A stretch of DNA of 43,436 nucleotides from Myxococcota bacterium. GTDB taxonomy: Bacteria > Myxococcota_C > UBA6777. Each line of letters opens with the position of its first letter. Position 1 is the stretch's first letter. Under the pieces are notes generated by a model, which was not told the DNA's origin, did no database searches, and saw only the letters and a program-made list of their open reading frames with translations. A program made the translations under genes and the position numbers. Shown here one piece after another: positions 29,007 to 38,739 of the stretch. The stretch spans positions 1 through 43,436 of the forward strand of contig JAKLKB010000047.1 of the NCBI GenBank assembly GCA_023150835.1. The letters run 5' to 3'.

Positions 29007-31460
29007 TTGTTGCGAGCCATCATGCCAAGGATGCGAATGTTTTTGTGTGCGATAGATCGGGCGATCCTGTCACCTCTCTACCTGCTTTTGTTTTTGCTGT
29101 GCGTTGGAGCCCAAGAGGGCCAAGCGCAACCCTCCAAATCGAACCGCGATCGCGGATGGATCGAGCTTTCTAAACAATCCATCGCCATCCAGATCCAAGC
29201 CGCCACACGTGTCGAGATGCAGGTTCAGCGCAACCCTGCGGGCCGCCCCGAGATCACAGGGCAATTGCTCGATGACCAAGGCAAAGGCATTCCCCGCGCT
29301 CCCCTTGTTCTTCAACTCCCCGACAAACGCGAGATCCCTCTGCAAACCAACGAACAAGGGCGGTTTCGCAAAGAAGTCAAGGACTTTCCGCCCAAAGGTG
29401 TCTTTGCGTTGCGCTTTCCCGGACGATCGGGCTTTCGGAAAAGCCAGATCCGCCGCGATCTGGATCTTGGCCGTGTCGATGCCACCTTTTCGGCGGTGTT
29501 TCCTCCCGAACTCCCCTCAGGAACAAAGCGCTTTGTGATCCTCGCAACGCTGCGATACCAAGACACTCCTTTGCCTGATTACCCTTTGCAGCTTTTTCTC
29601 GGGCGTCTTGAAAAAGAAAAGCCACATACCTCCGAGATCCCGCTGCTTCTGCCCAAAGAGACTCCGCCGCGAACGTGCAAAGACCTTGGTGTTGCGGTTA
29701 TGACGCTGAAAACCGACGCCAAAGGCCGCCTACGCTTTGTCTGGCAAGGCTCCCCCTTGGAAGGCCCCGCAAAGATCCCGCTTTGCCTGATGTTCCAAGG
29801 AGATCGCTATTTTCTTCCGCAAGATCGCCGTCATGCTTTGCAGATCGTCGCCCCACCACCCAAGCCTCCCCAAACACCGTGGCTGTGGGTGAGTGCGTTC
29901 TCTGCCCTTGCATTGGCCTTTGGAGCCGTTGTGTTGTTGCGGCGCAAGTTCAAAAACTCCGCCCCACCCCAAGCCCAACCCTTGGCAGCAGAAGAACTCT
30001 TGCGCTCTCATGACAACGAACAGATCATCGCTCAACGCGGCATCCGCCCTCCCCAAGATCGCGTCTTTGCAGGCCGCCTGATCGACCTTTACGAGCAAAA
30101 GCCTGTCCCCAACGCCAGACTCTTTTTGCAACAAGATGACCACGAAACCGAAGTCGCGCACTCTCGGCCTGACGGCTCTTTTCATTGGCAAGCCCCCGAC
30201 GATCTTGTGGGCCCCGTTGTCTTGTGGATACGCCACTCGGCTTTTCGTGAAAAGTCGATCCATGCGTCTTGTCCACACTATGGCGAAGCGCGCAGCCTCC
30301 AGATCGGCCTGTATTCTTACCGATACCTCTGCCTCGAAGCCTTTCGCCAAGGTGTCGAGTCGTTGAAACGACCCTTCAATCCGCGAAAACAGACTGCAAG
30401 AGAGATCATCGCGCTACTTCCGCAACATACGGCTCATCTTTTACGGCCCCTTGCCATCGGCTTTGAGCACGCTTACTACGCTCCCGCTCATCCCTCCAAA
30501 GAACTCTATCAACACGTTGCGACGGCACTTAAGGGATTGCTTCAACAGGATTCTTCTCTTCTTCCCGCAATTTCGCTCTTTCCCAATCACGCAGAACACG
30601 AACGGCTTGCTGCCCAAATCGATGTCATCCCGCTCAAGCCTCTTTCACCGCCGACCTCGTCTCCACCGCCGGCCTCACCTCCATCCTTGCAAGCGCATAC
30701 GCTTTCTTCCTCCCCGCGCCCGACTCTCCCTCCGCCTGTCTCCCTCGTGGAAAATCCACCCGTCACGGGGTCAAGGGAGCCGCTCTCCCTTGTGGGGGCT
30801 TGGGGGCAAAGCCCCCATCCTACCGCTCCATCCATCTCGTTCTTTTCTACGGCACAAGTCCTCGAAACACCGCAGCCATCGTTGTATGCGATCTCTTCGG
30901 AAGATCCGAAAAAACCAGATCAAGTTTCTGCCCCATTCTCCGAAGCGATCGAGACAACAGCTTCCGCCCCATTATCCGAAGCGATCGAGACAACAGCTTC
31001 TGCCCCATTATCCGACAAGATCGAGACAACAGCTTCTGCCCCATTATCCGACAAGATCGAGACGACAGCTTCTGCCCCATTATCCGACAAGATCGAGACA
31101 ACAGCTTCTGCCCCAAGAGAAAAGCTGGCATCCTCGCATACGATGGATCTCTTAGAAGAAGAGGTGGCGTCAGTGCGTGCGGCTGCTGCGGCATTTGAAG
31201 AGCTTCAACGGCGGGATCGTGCGCATCACACGCTTCAATTGTCGCCCGCAGAACGCGACGCTTTTTTTGCGGCCTTGCTTGCGACATCTCCAGAGAGTGC
31301 GCTTTCGCTCGGAGAGGAAAGTGTGCGTCCGTTTGAACAGCAAAGCGTGCGCTCGGTTGAACAGGAAAGCGTAGATCCATCCGAACAACACGGGCTTTTG
31401 AGCGAAACAAACACCACCGATCCATCTCAAGGATCGCATCACGAGGGGGAAGGGAAATGA
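29007..31460 (+). CDS. Membrane protein with Ig-like/carboxypeptidase-regulatory-like domains, a DUF4129-like segment and a low-complexity tail; start may be ATG 29022
   Basis: Signal-like N-terminus; GQLLDDQGKGI..TNEQGRF; TM WLWVSAFSALALAFGAVVLL; QTAREI..FEHAYY. Stop overlaps the next ATG (ATGA). Confidence 0.75.
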   Translation: MLRAIMPRMRMFLCAIDRAILSPLYLLLFLLCVGAQEGQAQPSKSNRDRGWIELSKQSIAIQIQAATRVEMQVQRNPAGRPEITGQLLDDQGKGIPRAPLVLQLPDKREIPLQTNEQGRFRKEVKDFPPKGVFALRFPGRSGFRKSQIRRDLDLGRVDATFSAVFPPELPSGTKRFVILATLRYQDTPLPDYPLQLFLGRLEKEKPHTSEIPLLLPKETPPRTCKDLGVAVMTLKTDAKGRLRFVWQGSPLEGPAKIPLCLMFQGDRYFLPQDRRHALQIVAPPPKPPQTPWLWVSAFSALALAFGAVVLLRRKFKNSAPPQAQPLAAEELLRSHDNEQIIAQRGIRPPQDRVFAGRLIDLYEQKPVPNARLFLQQDDHETEVAHSRPDGSFHWQAPDDLVGPVVLWIRHSAFREKSIHASCPHYGEARSLQIGLYSYRYLCLEAFRQGVESLKRPFNPRKQTAREIIALLPQHTAHLLRPLAIGFEHAYYAPAHPSKELYQHVATALKGLLQQDSSLLPAISLFPNHAEHERLAAQIDVIPLKPLSPPTSSPPPASPPSLQAHTLSSSPRPTLPPPVSLVENPPVTGSREPLSLVGAWGQSPHPTAPSISFFSTAQVLETPQPSLYAISSEDPKKPDQVSAPFSEAIETTASAPLSEAIETTASAPLSDKIETTASAPLSDKIETTASAPLSDKIETTASAPREKLASSHTMDLLEEEVASVRAAAAAFEELQRRDRAHHTLQLSPAERDAFFAALLATSPESALSLGEESVRPFEQQSVRSVEQESVDPSEQHGLLSETNTTDPSQGSHHEGEGK
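30765..30817. repeat. Double-hairpin REP-like element inside a CDS
   Basis: CAAGGGAG-CCGCT-CTCCCTTG immediately followed by TGGGGGCTT-GGGGGCA-AAGCCCCCA. Confidence 0.7.
30926..31114. repeat. In-frame 39-bp repeat x~5 (SAPLSDKIETTA)
   Basis: ATCGAGACAACAGCTTCTGCCCCATTATCCGA recurs with a 39-bp period. Confidence 0.9.
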
Positions 31461-33055
31461 GGGGGCGTTGGGTTGGGTTGGGTTGGGCTTTGGGAGGGGT
31501 GGTTTGGGCGCTTTGTGTGTTGGCGAAAGAAAGCGCAGCGGAGGATTTTTCACCGAAGTCTTGGGAGTGGAATGGCATCGCACGTTTTGCGCGGGTATTG
31601 CGAGAGCAAGGGACGGTGGTGGAGCAACCGCGCAAGTGGGATTGGAGTAAGGCGCGGCTTCAAGATCCGATCTTGATTCTGGCTCCACAACGGGAAGGCT
31701 TAGAGCTACGGCCTTTATTGATCTTTCTTGCTGCGGGGGGGAGGGTATTCCTTGCGGATGATTTTGGAACCAGCCGCCCTTGGATGTCCTTTTTTGGTCT
31801 GGAGCAACGGCGCGGTGCGTACAATGCGTGGGTATGGCAACAAAAGAGATACATCGATATCCACGTCACGCAGCCCTTGCAGACGCAACAAGCGGATCTG
31901 TTGTTGCGCCAATCGTCTGTGCTTTTTCTCAACCACCCCCAATGGATGCACCCAACGTTTCGGCGTCCTCACGAGGCTTTGTTGTCTTCTCATCCGCATT
32001 ATACGAATGTCCCAGATGGTTTTCGCCCCGGCCTTGTATTGTTTCGCATACCGTTTGGCTACGGGCAGTTGGTGGTGTTTAGCGACCCAAGCGCCCTGAT
32101 CAACGAGATGATCGGCTATGGCGACAACTTGCGTTTTGCGCGAAATGTCGCGCACTACCTCAAAGCCCCAGCGCGCAGCGGGAAACTGGTGTTGTTGGCG
32201 GGAGACTTTTCGTGGTCGGGTGAACCGCCGTTGTCGTCAGCACAGCAGGTCTGGGGATTTTTGCAGATGTTTTGGGATGCCTGCGCAGAAGCCAACAAGG
32301 TCTTTGCTTCGGAAGCCTCGCTTCATGCGGCGTATCCGTCACTTTCGCCTGCGTCGCTTCGGATGACCGTTCGGGATCGCCCAAGGCTGCAAGCATGGTC
32401 ATCTTCACCGCAGCAAGGGGGGTGGTTTCTCTTGCTTGCTTTGGTGTGCGGGGTGATGGGGTGGGGGTGGTCGCGTTTTGCAGCGGGAAGCTTGCCGAAT
32501 CAAGCGTATGATCGTCAGAGAGAAGAAGTCCTTCGCTTGATCCCCGAGCGTTTTTCGGAGCAGTTGGGGAGTTATCGAGAAGGGGCTTTGAGTTATTTGT
32601 GGCCGATGATCATCCTGCGCGAAGAAGTGATCTTGTTTCTTGTGGAGCAATACCATCTCAACGAAAGGCTCGGACAGCGTGAAGCCCGCGAAGCGGTCGG
32701 GCTGGTGTTGGACTTGTTGGAGGAAGACGAGCGGACGGGGAGGCTTGACCCTCCGCTTGGCGCTGTGCTACCGCGTTTGCGGATGCTGCTGGTGCGTTTG
32801 CCGAGCAGGCACCAGTGGAACGAGTGGCTCCATCGCAGCGTCAACGCGCATGAGCTTCGCCTTGCTTATCGGGATGTGCTGCTGTGTTTGCAGCAGGTCG
32901 GCTTGGATCAAAAATTCCGCCAACCTTATCTCAAACGCCCCACGTCACCGAACTTTGCATCCGAAAAGATCCACGACGTGCCTCCCTCTCGATCGCTGTT
33001 GATTCGGTGGTTTGTGTGGCTGTTTGGTTGGCTGCCCTTTGGACGCGCAAAATAG
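31457..33055 (+). CDS. DUF4350-like domain membrane protein
   Basis: DFSPKSWEWNG, FLAAGGRVFLADDFG, GYGQLVVFSDPSALINEM..DNLRFARN, then a TM. Lies directly upstream of moxR. Confidence 0.82.
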   Translation: MRGRWVGLGWALGGVVWALCVLAKESAAEDFSPKSWEWNGIARFARVLREQGTVVEQPRKWDWSKARLQDPILILAPQREGLELRPLLIFLAAGGRVFLADDFGTSRPWMSFFGLEQRRGAYNAWVWQQKRYIDIHVTQPLQTQQADLLLRQSSVLFLNHPQWMHPTFRRPHEALLSSHPHYTNVPDGFRPGLVLFRIPFGYGQLVVFSDPSALINEMIGYGDNLRFARNVAHYLKAPARSGKLVLLAGDFSWSGEPPLSSAQQVWGFLQMFWDACAEANKVFASEASLHAAYPSLSPASLRMTVRDRPRLQAWSSSPQQGGWFLLLALVCGVMGWGWSRFAAGSLPNQAYDRQREEVLRLIPERFSEQLGSYREGALSYLWPMIILREEVILFLVEQYHLNERLGQREAREAVGLVLDLLEEDERTGRLDPPLGAVLPRLRMLLVRLPSRHQWNEWLHRSVNAHELRLAYRDVLLCLQQVGLDQKFRQPYLKRPTSPNFASEKIHDVPPSRSLLIRWFVWLFGWLPFGRAK

Positions 33056-33122
33056 GCCGTTTGTGCGTGTGCCGGGTAGGTATTGGGCCATCTCTCAGGA
33101 TATTTGGAAAGGACGATAGCGA

Positions 33123-34073
33123 TTGAGTACACCAGAACGTATGCGGCAATTCAAAGAGATCAACACCGAGATCAGCAAAGCCTATCTCGGGCGCACCACG
33201 CTCGTGGAGTACATGCTTGCGTCCTTGATTGCGCAGGGGCATCTCTTGCTCGAAGGGGTTCCGGGGGTTGCAAAGACCACCTTGGTCAAGGCCTTTGCGG
33301 CGAGTTTGAACATCCACTTCCAGCGGATTCAATTCACACCCGATCTGCTACCTGCGGATATCACGGGATCGTATCTGTTTAATATGCGCGATCAAGCGTT
33401 TGATCTTCGCAAGGGACCGTTGTTTGCGAACATTGTTCTTGCAGACGAGATCAACCGCGCCCCCGCCAAAACGCAAAGTGCGATGCTCGAAGCGATGGCC
33501 GAACAGCAAGTGACGATCGAGGGAGAACGCCACCCGCTACCTCCGCCGTTTATGGTTCTTGCGACGCAAAACCCGATCGAGCAGGAGGGCGTTTATCCCC
33601 TTCCTGAAGCCCAGTTGGACCGCTTTTTGATGAAGTTTCAGCTTGGCTTTCCGCCGCGTGATATCGAACGGGCGATGCTGCGAACGTATCGCAAAACTCC
33701 CGAATCTCCCGCCCCTGTGGTCGATATACAAACGATCTTGCGTTGGCAGCACGATGTCGAAAGTGTCCATGTCTCCGAAGAGTTGGAAGAGTATCTATTG
33801 GATCTGGTGGCTTACACGCGCAACCACCGCTCGATCTTGTTGGGTGTGTCGCCACGCGGTACGTTGGGGTTATTGCGCGCAGCGCGGGCGCTTGCTTTTG
33901 TGCGTGGCCGCGACTACGTCGTCCCCGACGATATCCGAGCGATGGCGGTGCCTGTGATGGCGCACCGTTTGATTATCCAGCCCGAAGCCGAGATGGAAGG
34001 CTTGCGCGGCGAACAGATCATCCAAGAAGCTCTCCAACGGATCGTTGTCTTGCGCCGCGAAAATCCCGCATAA
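33123..34073 (+). CDS. moxR: MoxR-family AAA+ ATPase
   Basis: HLLLEGVPGVAKT, RIQFTPDLLPADITG, LADEINRAPAKTQSA, ATQNPIEQEG.YPLPEAQLDRF, GVSPRG. Confidence 0.97.
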   Translation: MSTPERMRQFKEINTEISKAYLGRTTLVEYMLASLIAQGHLLLEGVPGVAKTTLVKAFAASLNIHFQRIQFTPDLLPADITGSYLFNMRDQAFDLRKGPLFANIVLADEINRAPAKTQSAMLEAMAEQQVTIEGERHPLPPPFMVLATQNPIEQEGVYPLPEAQLDRFLMKFQLGFPPRDIERAMLRTYRKTPESPAPVVDIQTILRWQHDVESVHVSEELEEYLLDLVAYTRNHRSILLGVSPRGTLGLLRAARALAFVRGRDYVVPDDIRAMAVPVMAHRLIIQPEAEMEGLRGEQIIQEALQRIVVLRRENPA

Positions 34074-34109
34074 AAGACCCCTTGCCTCCCAATCAACGAA
34101 AGCGAACCC

Positions 34110-35804
34110 ATGAGCCACCAACCACCTTACCTCGACCAGCTCTCTCTCAGGATCCCCGAAGGTGCGGGCGTTCCGCTGACATCAGATCTTCGCTTTACAG
34201 CTCGTGGTTTGGGGGGGCTGGTACTTTTTGCGGTGTTGGCTTTTCTGGGGAGCTTACAGCAGTCTTGGTGGTGGATGGGGGCGGGATTGTTCGGATGGAC
34301 AGGGCTTTTCCTTGTGTGGCTACAGTTCCGCATCGATCTGGAAAACAACTTGCATCCTCGCCACCTCCAACTGCGGTGGCGTTTTGCGGATCAGCCCTAT
34401 CGGGCGGGCCACGAGGCGACTCTTTCGATCGATCTGACGCCATCGATGGCACCGCTGTTTTTGCGCCGTGTGACCTTTCGTCATTCGGTGTACCTACAGA
34501 GCTTTTTTCCGCCCCAAACCCCGAAACGGTGGGCGCTTGCAGCGCAGAAAACACATCGGATCGCAATCCAACTGCGTAGCCCGATCCTTGGGGACTTTCC
34601 TCTCTATGGAGTGGAGATCCTGTTGACCGATCGCTTTCGTTTGTTTGAACACCAACGCTATCTGCGGCTTCCTGCAACCTTGCGTGTGATGCCGCAGCTA
34701 CCGATGGCAAATCTCCAAAGAAAAGGCAACCAAACCCGTCCTTTGCGTGCTGTGGCCAACGGAATCCCCCAACGCAGGCCGGGTTCGGGGGCAGAACTTC
34801 ACGATATCCGCGAGTATCGACCGGGAGATTCGCGCCGCTCGATTGTGTGGAAACATTCGCTCCGTTTGCGCAAGATGCTTTGTCGGGACTTTGAAAGCGA
34901 AACCCCGATGACAGTGCATCTCCTGTTGGATATCGGCCAATCGATGCGCGAAGGTACACTCGGACAGCGCAAGATCGATCACGCAACAAGCGTAGCCATC
35001 GCCTTTTCCAAAACAGCCCTCGCCCAACAAGATCGCATCGGCTTGATCACGTTCGATGGTGAAATCCTCGATCATCTCCGTCCTGAGCGTGGTAAAAAGC
35101 AGTTGCATCGGGCGCTCAAGCATCTTCAATCTTTGCACAGCTTGACCGATCCGCGTTTTTCCGATCTGACGCTGCCGGAGATGTTTTCGTTGACGGCGGG
35201 GTTTCTCTACCGCGAAGGCTTTCTTGCGTCTCCTTCGGGGCGGGCTCCTTGTGCAGCGCGTCCGATGCTGCATTACCTGTGGGAGATCATCCGCAATCAT
35301 CCCGATCTCGAATTCCCCGAGTCATGGAAGACGGACGAAGAGCTTGTGATGAAGGTCTTGCGCTCCGTGTCCGGATATATCGGCCTTGAACTCCCTTATC
35401 GGTATCATCAGTGGGCCACACAAAAAGCCGCAGGGCTTGCGACTGCGCTTGAAGAGGCTGTGCGTTCGATGCACGGCGGCCAGATGATCGTTGTGTTGAG
35501 CGATCTAGGCGATGTCCTTCATTGGGATCGCGTGATGCAATCCCTTCGTTTGGCCCGACAACATCGCCACCACGTCATCTTTTTAAGCCCGTTTTCCCCA
35601 TGGTTTGCGATCCCCCAACCCGAACGCGACCCGACGATCGCGATCCTTCAAGAACTCTTGACGCTCGAACAATGGACATGGCGGAGGCGACTTCAGCGGA
35701 TGATCGGGCGTCTTGGCTTCCCTGTCCTCTCGGTTGATCCCAAAGAAGCCCCGCTCTTGTTGGGCGAACGCTTGCAACGCCTCCGACAAAGCGGGCGGAT
35801 CTAA
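34110..35804 (+). CDS. DUF58 / vWA-like protein with two N-terminal TM helices
   Basis: ELHDIREYRPGDSRRSIVWK, LLLDIGQSM, QDRIGLITF, IVVLSDL. Follows moxR. Confidence 0.93.
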   Translation: MSHQPPYLDQLSLRIPEGAGVPLTSDLRFTARGLGGLVLFAVLAFLGSLQQSWWWMGAGLFGWTGLFLVWLQFRIDLENNLHPRHLQLRWRFADQPYRAGHEATLSIDLTPSMAPLFLRRVTFRHSVYLQSFFPPQTPKRWALAAQKTHRIAIQLRSPILGDFPLYGVEILLTDRFRLFEHQRYLRLPATLRVMPQLPMANLQRKGNQTRPLRAVANGIPQRRPGSGAELHDIREYRPGDSRRSIVWKHSLRLRKMLCRDFESETPMTVHLLLDIGQSMREGTLGQRKIDHATSVAIAFSKTALAQQDRIGLITFDGEILDHLRPERGKKQLHRALKHLQSLHSLTDPRFSDLTLPEMFSLTAGFLYREGFLASPSGRAPCAARPMLHYLWEIIRNHPDLEFPESWKTDEELVMKVLRSVSGYIGLELPYRYHQWATQKAAGLATALEEAVRSMHGGQMIVVLSDLGDVLHWDRVMQSLRLARQHRHHVIFLSPFSPWFAIPQPERDPTIAILQELLTLEQWTWRRRLQRMIGRLGFPVLSVDPKEAPLLLGERLQRLRQSGRI

Positions 35805-35946
35805 TACAACATCCGAGTGATGCACACAAAGGATAGTGCGTAGATGCCCGATTCTTGGGCAGCCACTCCTGTCTGCCCCTACGTCTTGACGATCACACAA
35901 CGGGCGGCTCTCGTATGACGGCCCCTCGACTCGAAACGGACACGAT

Positions 35947-36372
35947 ATGCCAAACCAATCCCCTCCACCTTCCCGTCCACCCGCCCTTTCTGCACGTGCT
36001 CCCCGACCAATCCCCCTCGCTCCTTTGTCTTCTTCTTCCACCCCGCAGCAGATCGTCCGGCGATTTGGTTGGACCTTTGCTTGTGCGATGTACGCTGTGG
36101 GCTGCCTTGCTTCCGCCCTTTGGGCTGCGCATGGAGAAAAAACCTTCCACAAGATGAGCTACCTCAGCCTTGCTTTTATGCAGTTCTTGATCGTTTTTTT
36201 CTTTTTCTTTTACCAAATGGCCAGCTTTGTTCGACCTCTGCAACAGGTTCACTTGCGCGAACTACAACACGTGACGTTGCGCCCTTGGTGGCTGGCTTTT
36301 TTGTGGATCGGAGCGGTATTTGGCTGTCTGGGACTTGGCTTTGTTTGGATGTTTCGGGCTGGTTGGCTTTAA
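35947..36372 (+). CDS. Hypothetical membrane protein (about 3 TM)
   Basis: 141-aa ORF with three hydrophobic segments, co-oriented with its neighbours. Confidence 0.6.
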   Translation: MPNQSPPPSRPPALSARAPRPIPLAPLSSSSTPQQIVRRFGWTFACAMYAVGCLASALWAAHGEKTFHKMSYLSLAFMQFLIVFFFFFYQMASFVRPLQQVHLRELQHVTLRPWWLAFLWIGAVFGCLGLGFVWMFRAGWL

Positions 36373-36432
36373 TGCCCTTCCATCCGCTTGGTATCCTCGG
36401 CTTCTTGGGGTCTTTTTGGAGGGATCGTGATC

Positions 36433-36690
36433 ATGCGCTCTTGGCTCGAACGGCTTCGTGATACCTACCCTGTGGTTGGTTTGTTGTTGGTCTTCTCGGG
36501 GCCTTATTTCTTGTACTGCTGCATCACTTTTTTGCGCCGAGTTGATTATGTTGCCGCTGCTTTCGCCCTGATCGCGGGGGCTTCGATGTTGCGTGCGGGA
36601 GTTGATTTGAGTCGTGCTTGGATGGCGACATCTACGCAGCACGAGCGCCAAAAAACAACTTCCCCCAAAGAACCCTCTGACGGATCGTGA
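36433..36690 (+). CDS. Small hypothetical membrane protein (2 TM)
   Basis: ATG 36433 follows GGAGGG. Two hydrophobic segments flank RRVDY. Confidence 0.6.
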   Translation: MRSWLERLRDTYPVVGLLLVFSGPYFLYCCITFLRRVDYVAAAFALIAGASMLRAGVDLSRAWMATSTQHERQKTTSPKEPSDGS

Positions 36691-36706
36691 TCTCGCACAT
36701 CTGTGG

Positions 36707-36734
36707 TTGACAAGCGGCTTTGTCAGGCTATTAT
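36707..36734 (+). promoter_or_regulatory. Candidate sigma70 promoter with an overlapping palindrome
   Basis: TTGACA-16 bp-TATTAT. A TGACAA-N6-TTGTCA inverted repeat at 36708-36725 covers the -35. Confidence 0.6.
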
Positions 36735-36932
36735 TACCCCCCTGCGTTTTGGGGCGCAGGGGTCGACTTTTTCTCTGCGTTCAAAAACCACGATGCGATG
36801 GGGCGGTCAAACGAAAGATCGCAGGATCACCGTAGGCCAATCGCCCTCCGCTCTCTCTTCAACGTTCTGGCATGGCTTGGCTCTCTTGTCCTACGCTAAA
36901 GCCCGCAGCCGCTAACTCGGAGACTTATTTTC

Positions 36933-37838
36933 ATGACCATGGCCTGGGTATTTGTTGGCACCCTTGGATTGCTCGCCGTCGGCCTCTTCTACCAACTCGG
37001 CGTCCTTGGAAAACAACTCGAACAAACCAAAGAACTTCTTGCTCGTAGCCGCGAAAGAACCGAATCTGTTGAACGCGAGATGGAGCAAAAAAACAACCAA
37101 CTCAAAGACGTTCAAAAAAATCAGTCCGAAGGCAAAGGCCAACAAAAGGACTTGCGTAACAAACTCCGCGACGTGCGCGTTGAAAACGACGAACTCAAAG
37201 CACGCCTCAAACAACTTCACGCCGAATCTCCCGAAGCTGAAACCGAACTGGTTGCTCTCCGTGAGCGCTTCCAATCCCTTCAGATCGATCTCGCCAACCT
37301 CCAAAAAGAACGCGAGCAACTCGACGCCGAAACCCAAAAGAAGATCGACGAGATCCGCAACAAAACCAACGCTGAAAAGAAGTCTCTCCAAGACGAAATC
37401 AAAAAAATCACCGAAGAAAAACAATCCCTTGAGCGCATCCAACGCAAGGTTGAACAACAACTCGAAAAAGAGAAAAAGCGCATCGGTTCTGAAAAGTCCG
37501 ATCTTCGCCGCCTTCGTGTCCGCGCAGACAACAATGATTACGCCTACCGCGTCACACAAAACCAGCTCGACCGCGCTTTCCGCGACAACCGCGAGCTTCA
37601 AAAGCTGCTTCAACAAGAACGCGAGCAGATCCTTGCCATCACACAACGCGCCGAAGAACGCTTCGGCACCGAACCCATGCGCGCCATCATCGACGAAGTT
37701 CTCGCCAAAGCCAAAGCCGAGGCCGAAAAAGCTGCGGCTGAGATCCAACCCACCCGCGACGAAGACGCCCCCGAATTCGATCCCGGCGCTCTCCCACAAG
37801 ACGACGAGAGCGACAACTTGAGCGCTTCTGCAAGCTAA
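36933..37838 (+). CDS. N-terminally membrane-anchored coiled-coil protein
   Basis: TM AWVFVGTLGLLAVGLFY, then about 230 aa of E/K/Q/R-rich heptads and an acidic tail. GGAG RBS. Confidence 0.85.
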   Translation: MTMAWVFVGTLGLLAVGLFYQLGVLGKQLEQTKELLARSRERTESVEREMEQKNNQLKDVQKNQSEGKGQQKDLRNKLRDVRVENDELKARLKQLHAESPEAETELVALRERFQSLQIDLANLQKEREQLDAETQKKIDEIRNKTNAEKKSLQDEIKKITEEKQSLERIQRKVEQQLEKEKKRIGSEKSDLRRLRVRADNNDYAYRVTQNQLDRAFRDNRELQKLLQQEREQILAITQRAEERFGTEPMRAIIDEVLAKAKAEAEKAAAEIQPTRDEDAPEFDPGALPQDDESDNLSASAS

Positions 37839-38063
37839 ACTCACCCCTTTGCATCGGTTTTCTCTGCGCCTTGCCTCTCCCTCCCAACTCTTGGCTCTTT
37901 TTGACCTCTTTGTCTCTCCCTGCTTTGCTCGCTCCCGCTCTTTTTGCGCCGAGAAATCCACACTCCCCATTCTCCGTTAAAGAAATTTTCGACCCTGAGA
38001 AAAATCTATGAAAATCAACCTTTAGCGCGTAATTCACTTGCGCAAAAGGTTTCCTCCAAAAAA

Positions 38064-38098
38064 GTTATCCACAATTCCAGTGTCCCATTGTGGATAAC
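38064..38098. promoter_or_regulatory. Pair of perfect, inverted DnaA boxes in an AT-rich intergenic region
   Basis: TTATCCACA at 38065-38073 and TGTGGATAA at 38089-38097, part of a 12-bp perfect inverted repeat. Confidence 0.8.
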
Positions 38099-38172
38099 AA
38101 TAAGAATATCTCTTGAACAAGAAAGAGATTCCTTCTCTAGTTTTGAGAAGGGCATATCGGAAAGGTTTGGCG

Positions 38173-38739
38173 ATGAAAATTTACACCCGAGCAGGAGATC
38201 GTGGAGAAACAGGGTTGCTTGGCAACGTTCGCGTGAGCAAAGCAAGCGAACGTGTCGAAGCCTACGGATGCGTGGATGAATTGGTGAGCTGGTTGGGGCT
38301 TTTGCGTGCGGAGGCGGAAGATTCCGAACTGATCGCACAGATCGCACAGATACAATCGGAGCTTTTTTTTGTCAATAGCGAATTGGCAACACCTGCTGAT
38401 CGACAGCCTATTGGCGAAGTGATCGAAGAAGATGCCGTCAAGCGCTTGGAAGATTGGATCGATACTTGTGACGAAGCTCTGCCCACACTCAAATCTTTCA
38501 TTTTGCCGGGCGGATCGAAGACTTCGGCTCGATTGCACGTCGCAAGAACCGTCTGTCGTCGTGCCGAACGTGCGGTGGTTCGCCTTGCAGAAATAGAGCC
38601 GCTTCGTGAGGTCTTGATCCAGTACCTCAATCGCCTGAGCGATCTATTGTTTTCTTTTGGGCGTCGCGCCAACCTTCGCGAAGGTGTCGCAGAAGTGTTG
38701 GTCACCAACCTACGAAAGTCCAGAATCCCCAACTCTTGA
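38173..38739 (+). CDS. pduO: ATP:cob(I)alamin adenosyltransferase, PduO type
   Basis: MKIYTRAGDRGET..RVSK..RVEAYGCVDEL, FILPGG, ARTVCRRAER, YLNRLSDLLF. Confidence 0.95.
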   Translation: MKIYTRAGDRGETGLLGNVRVSKASERVEAYGCVDELVSWLGLLRAEAEDSELIAQIAQIQSELFFVNSELATPADRQPIGEVIEEDAVKRLEDWIDTCDEALPTLKSFILPGGSKTSARLHVARTVCRRAERAVVRLAEIEPLREVLIQYLNRLSDLLFSFGRRANLREGVAEVLVTNLRKSRIPNS

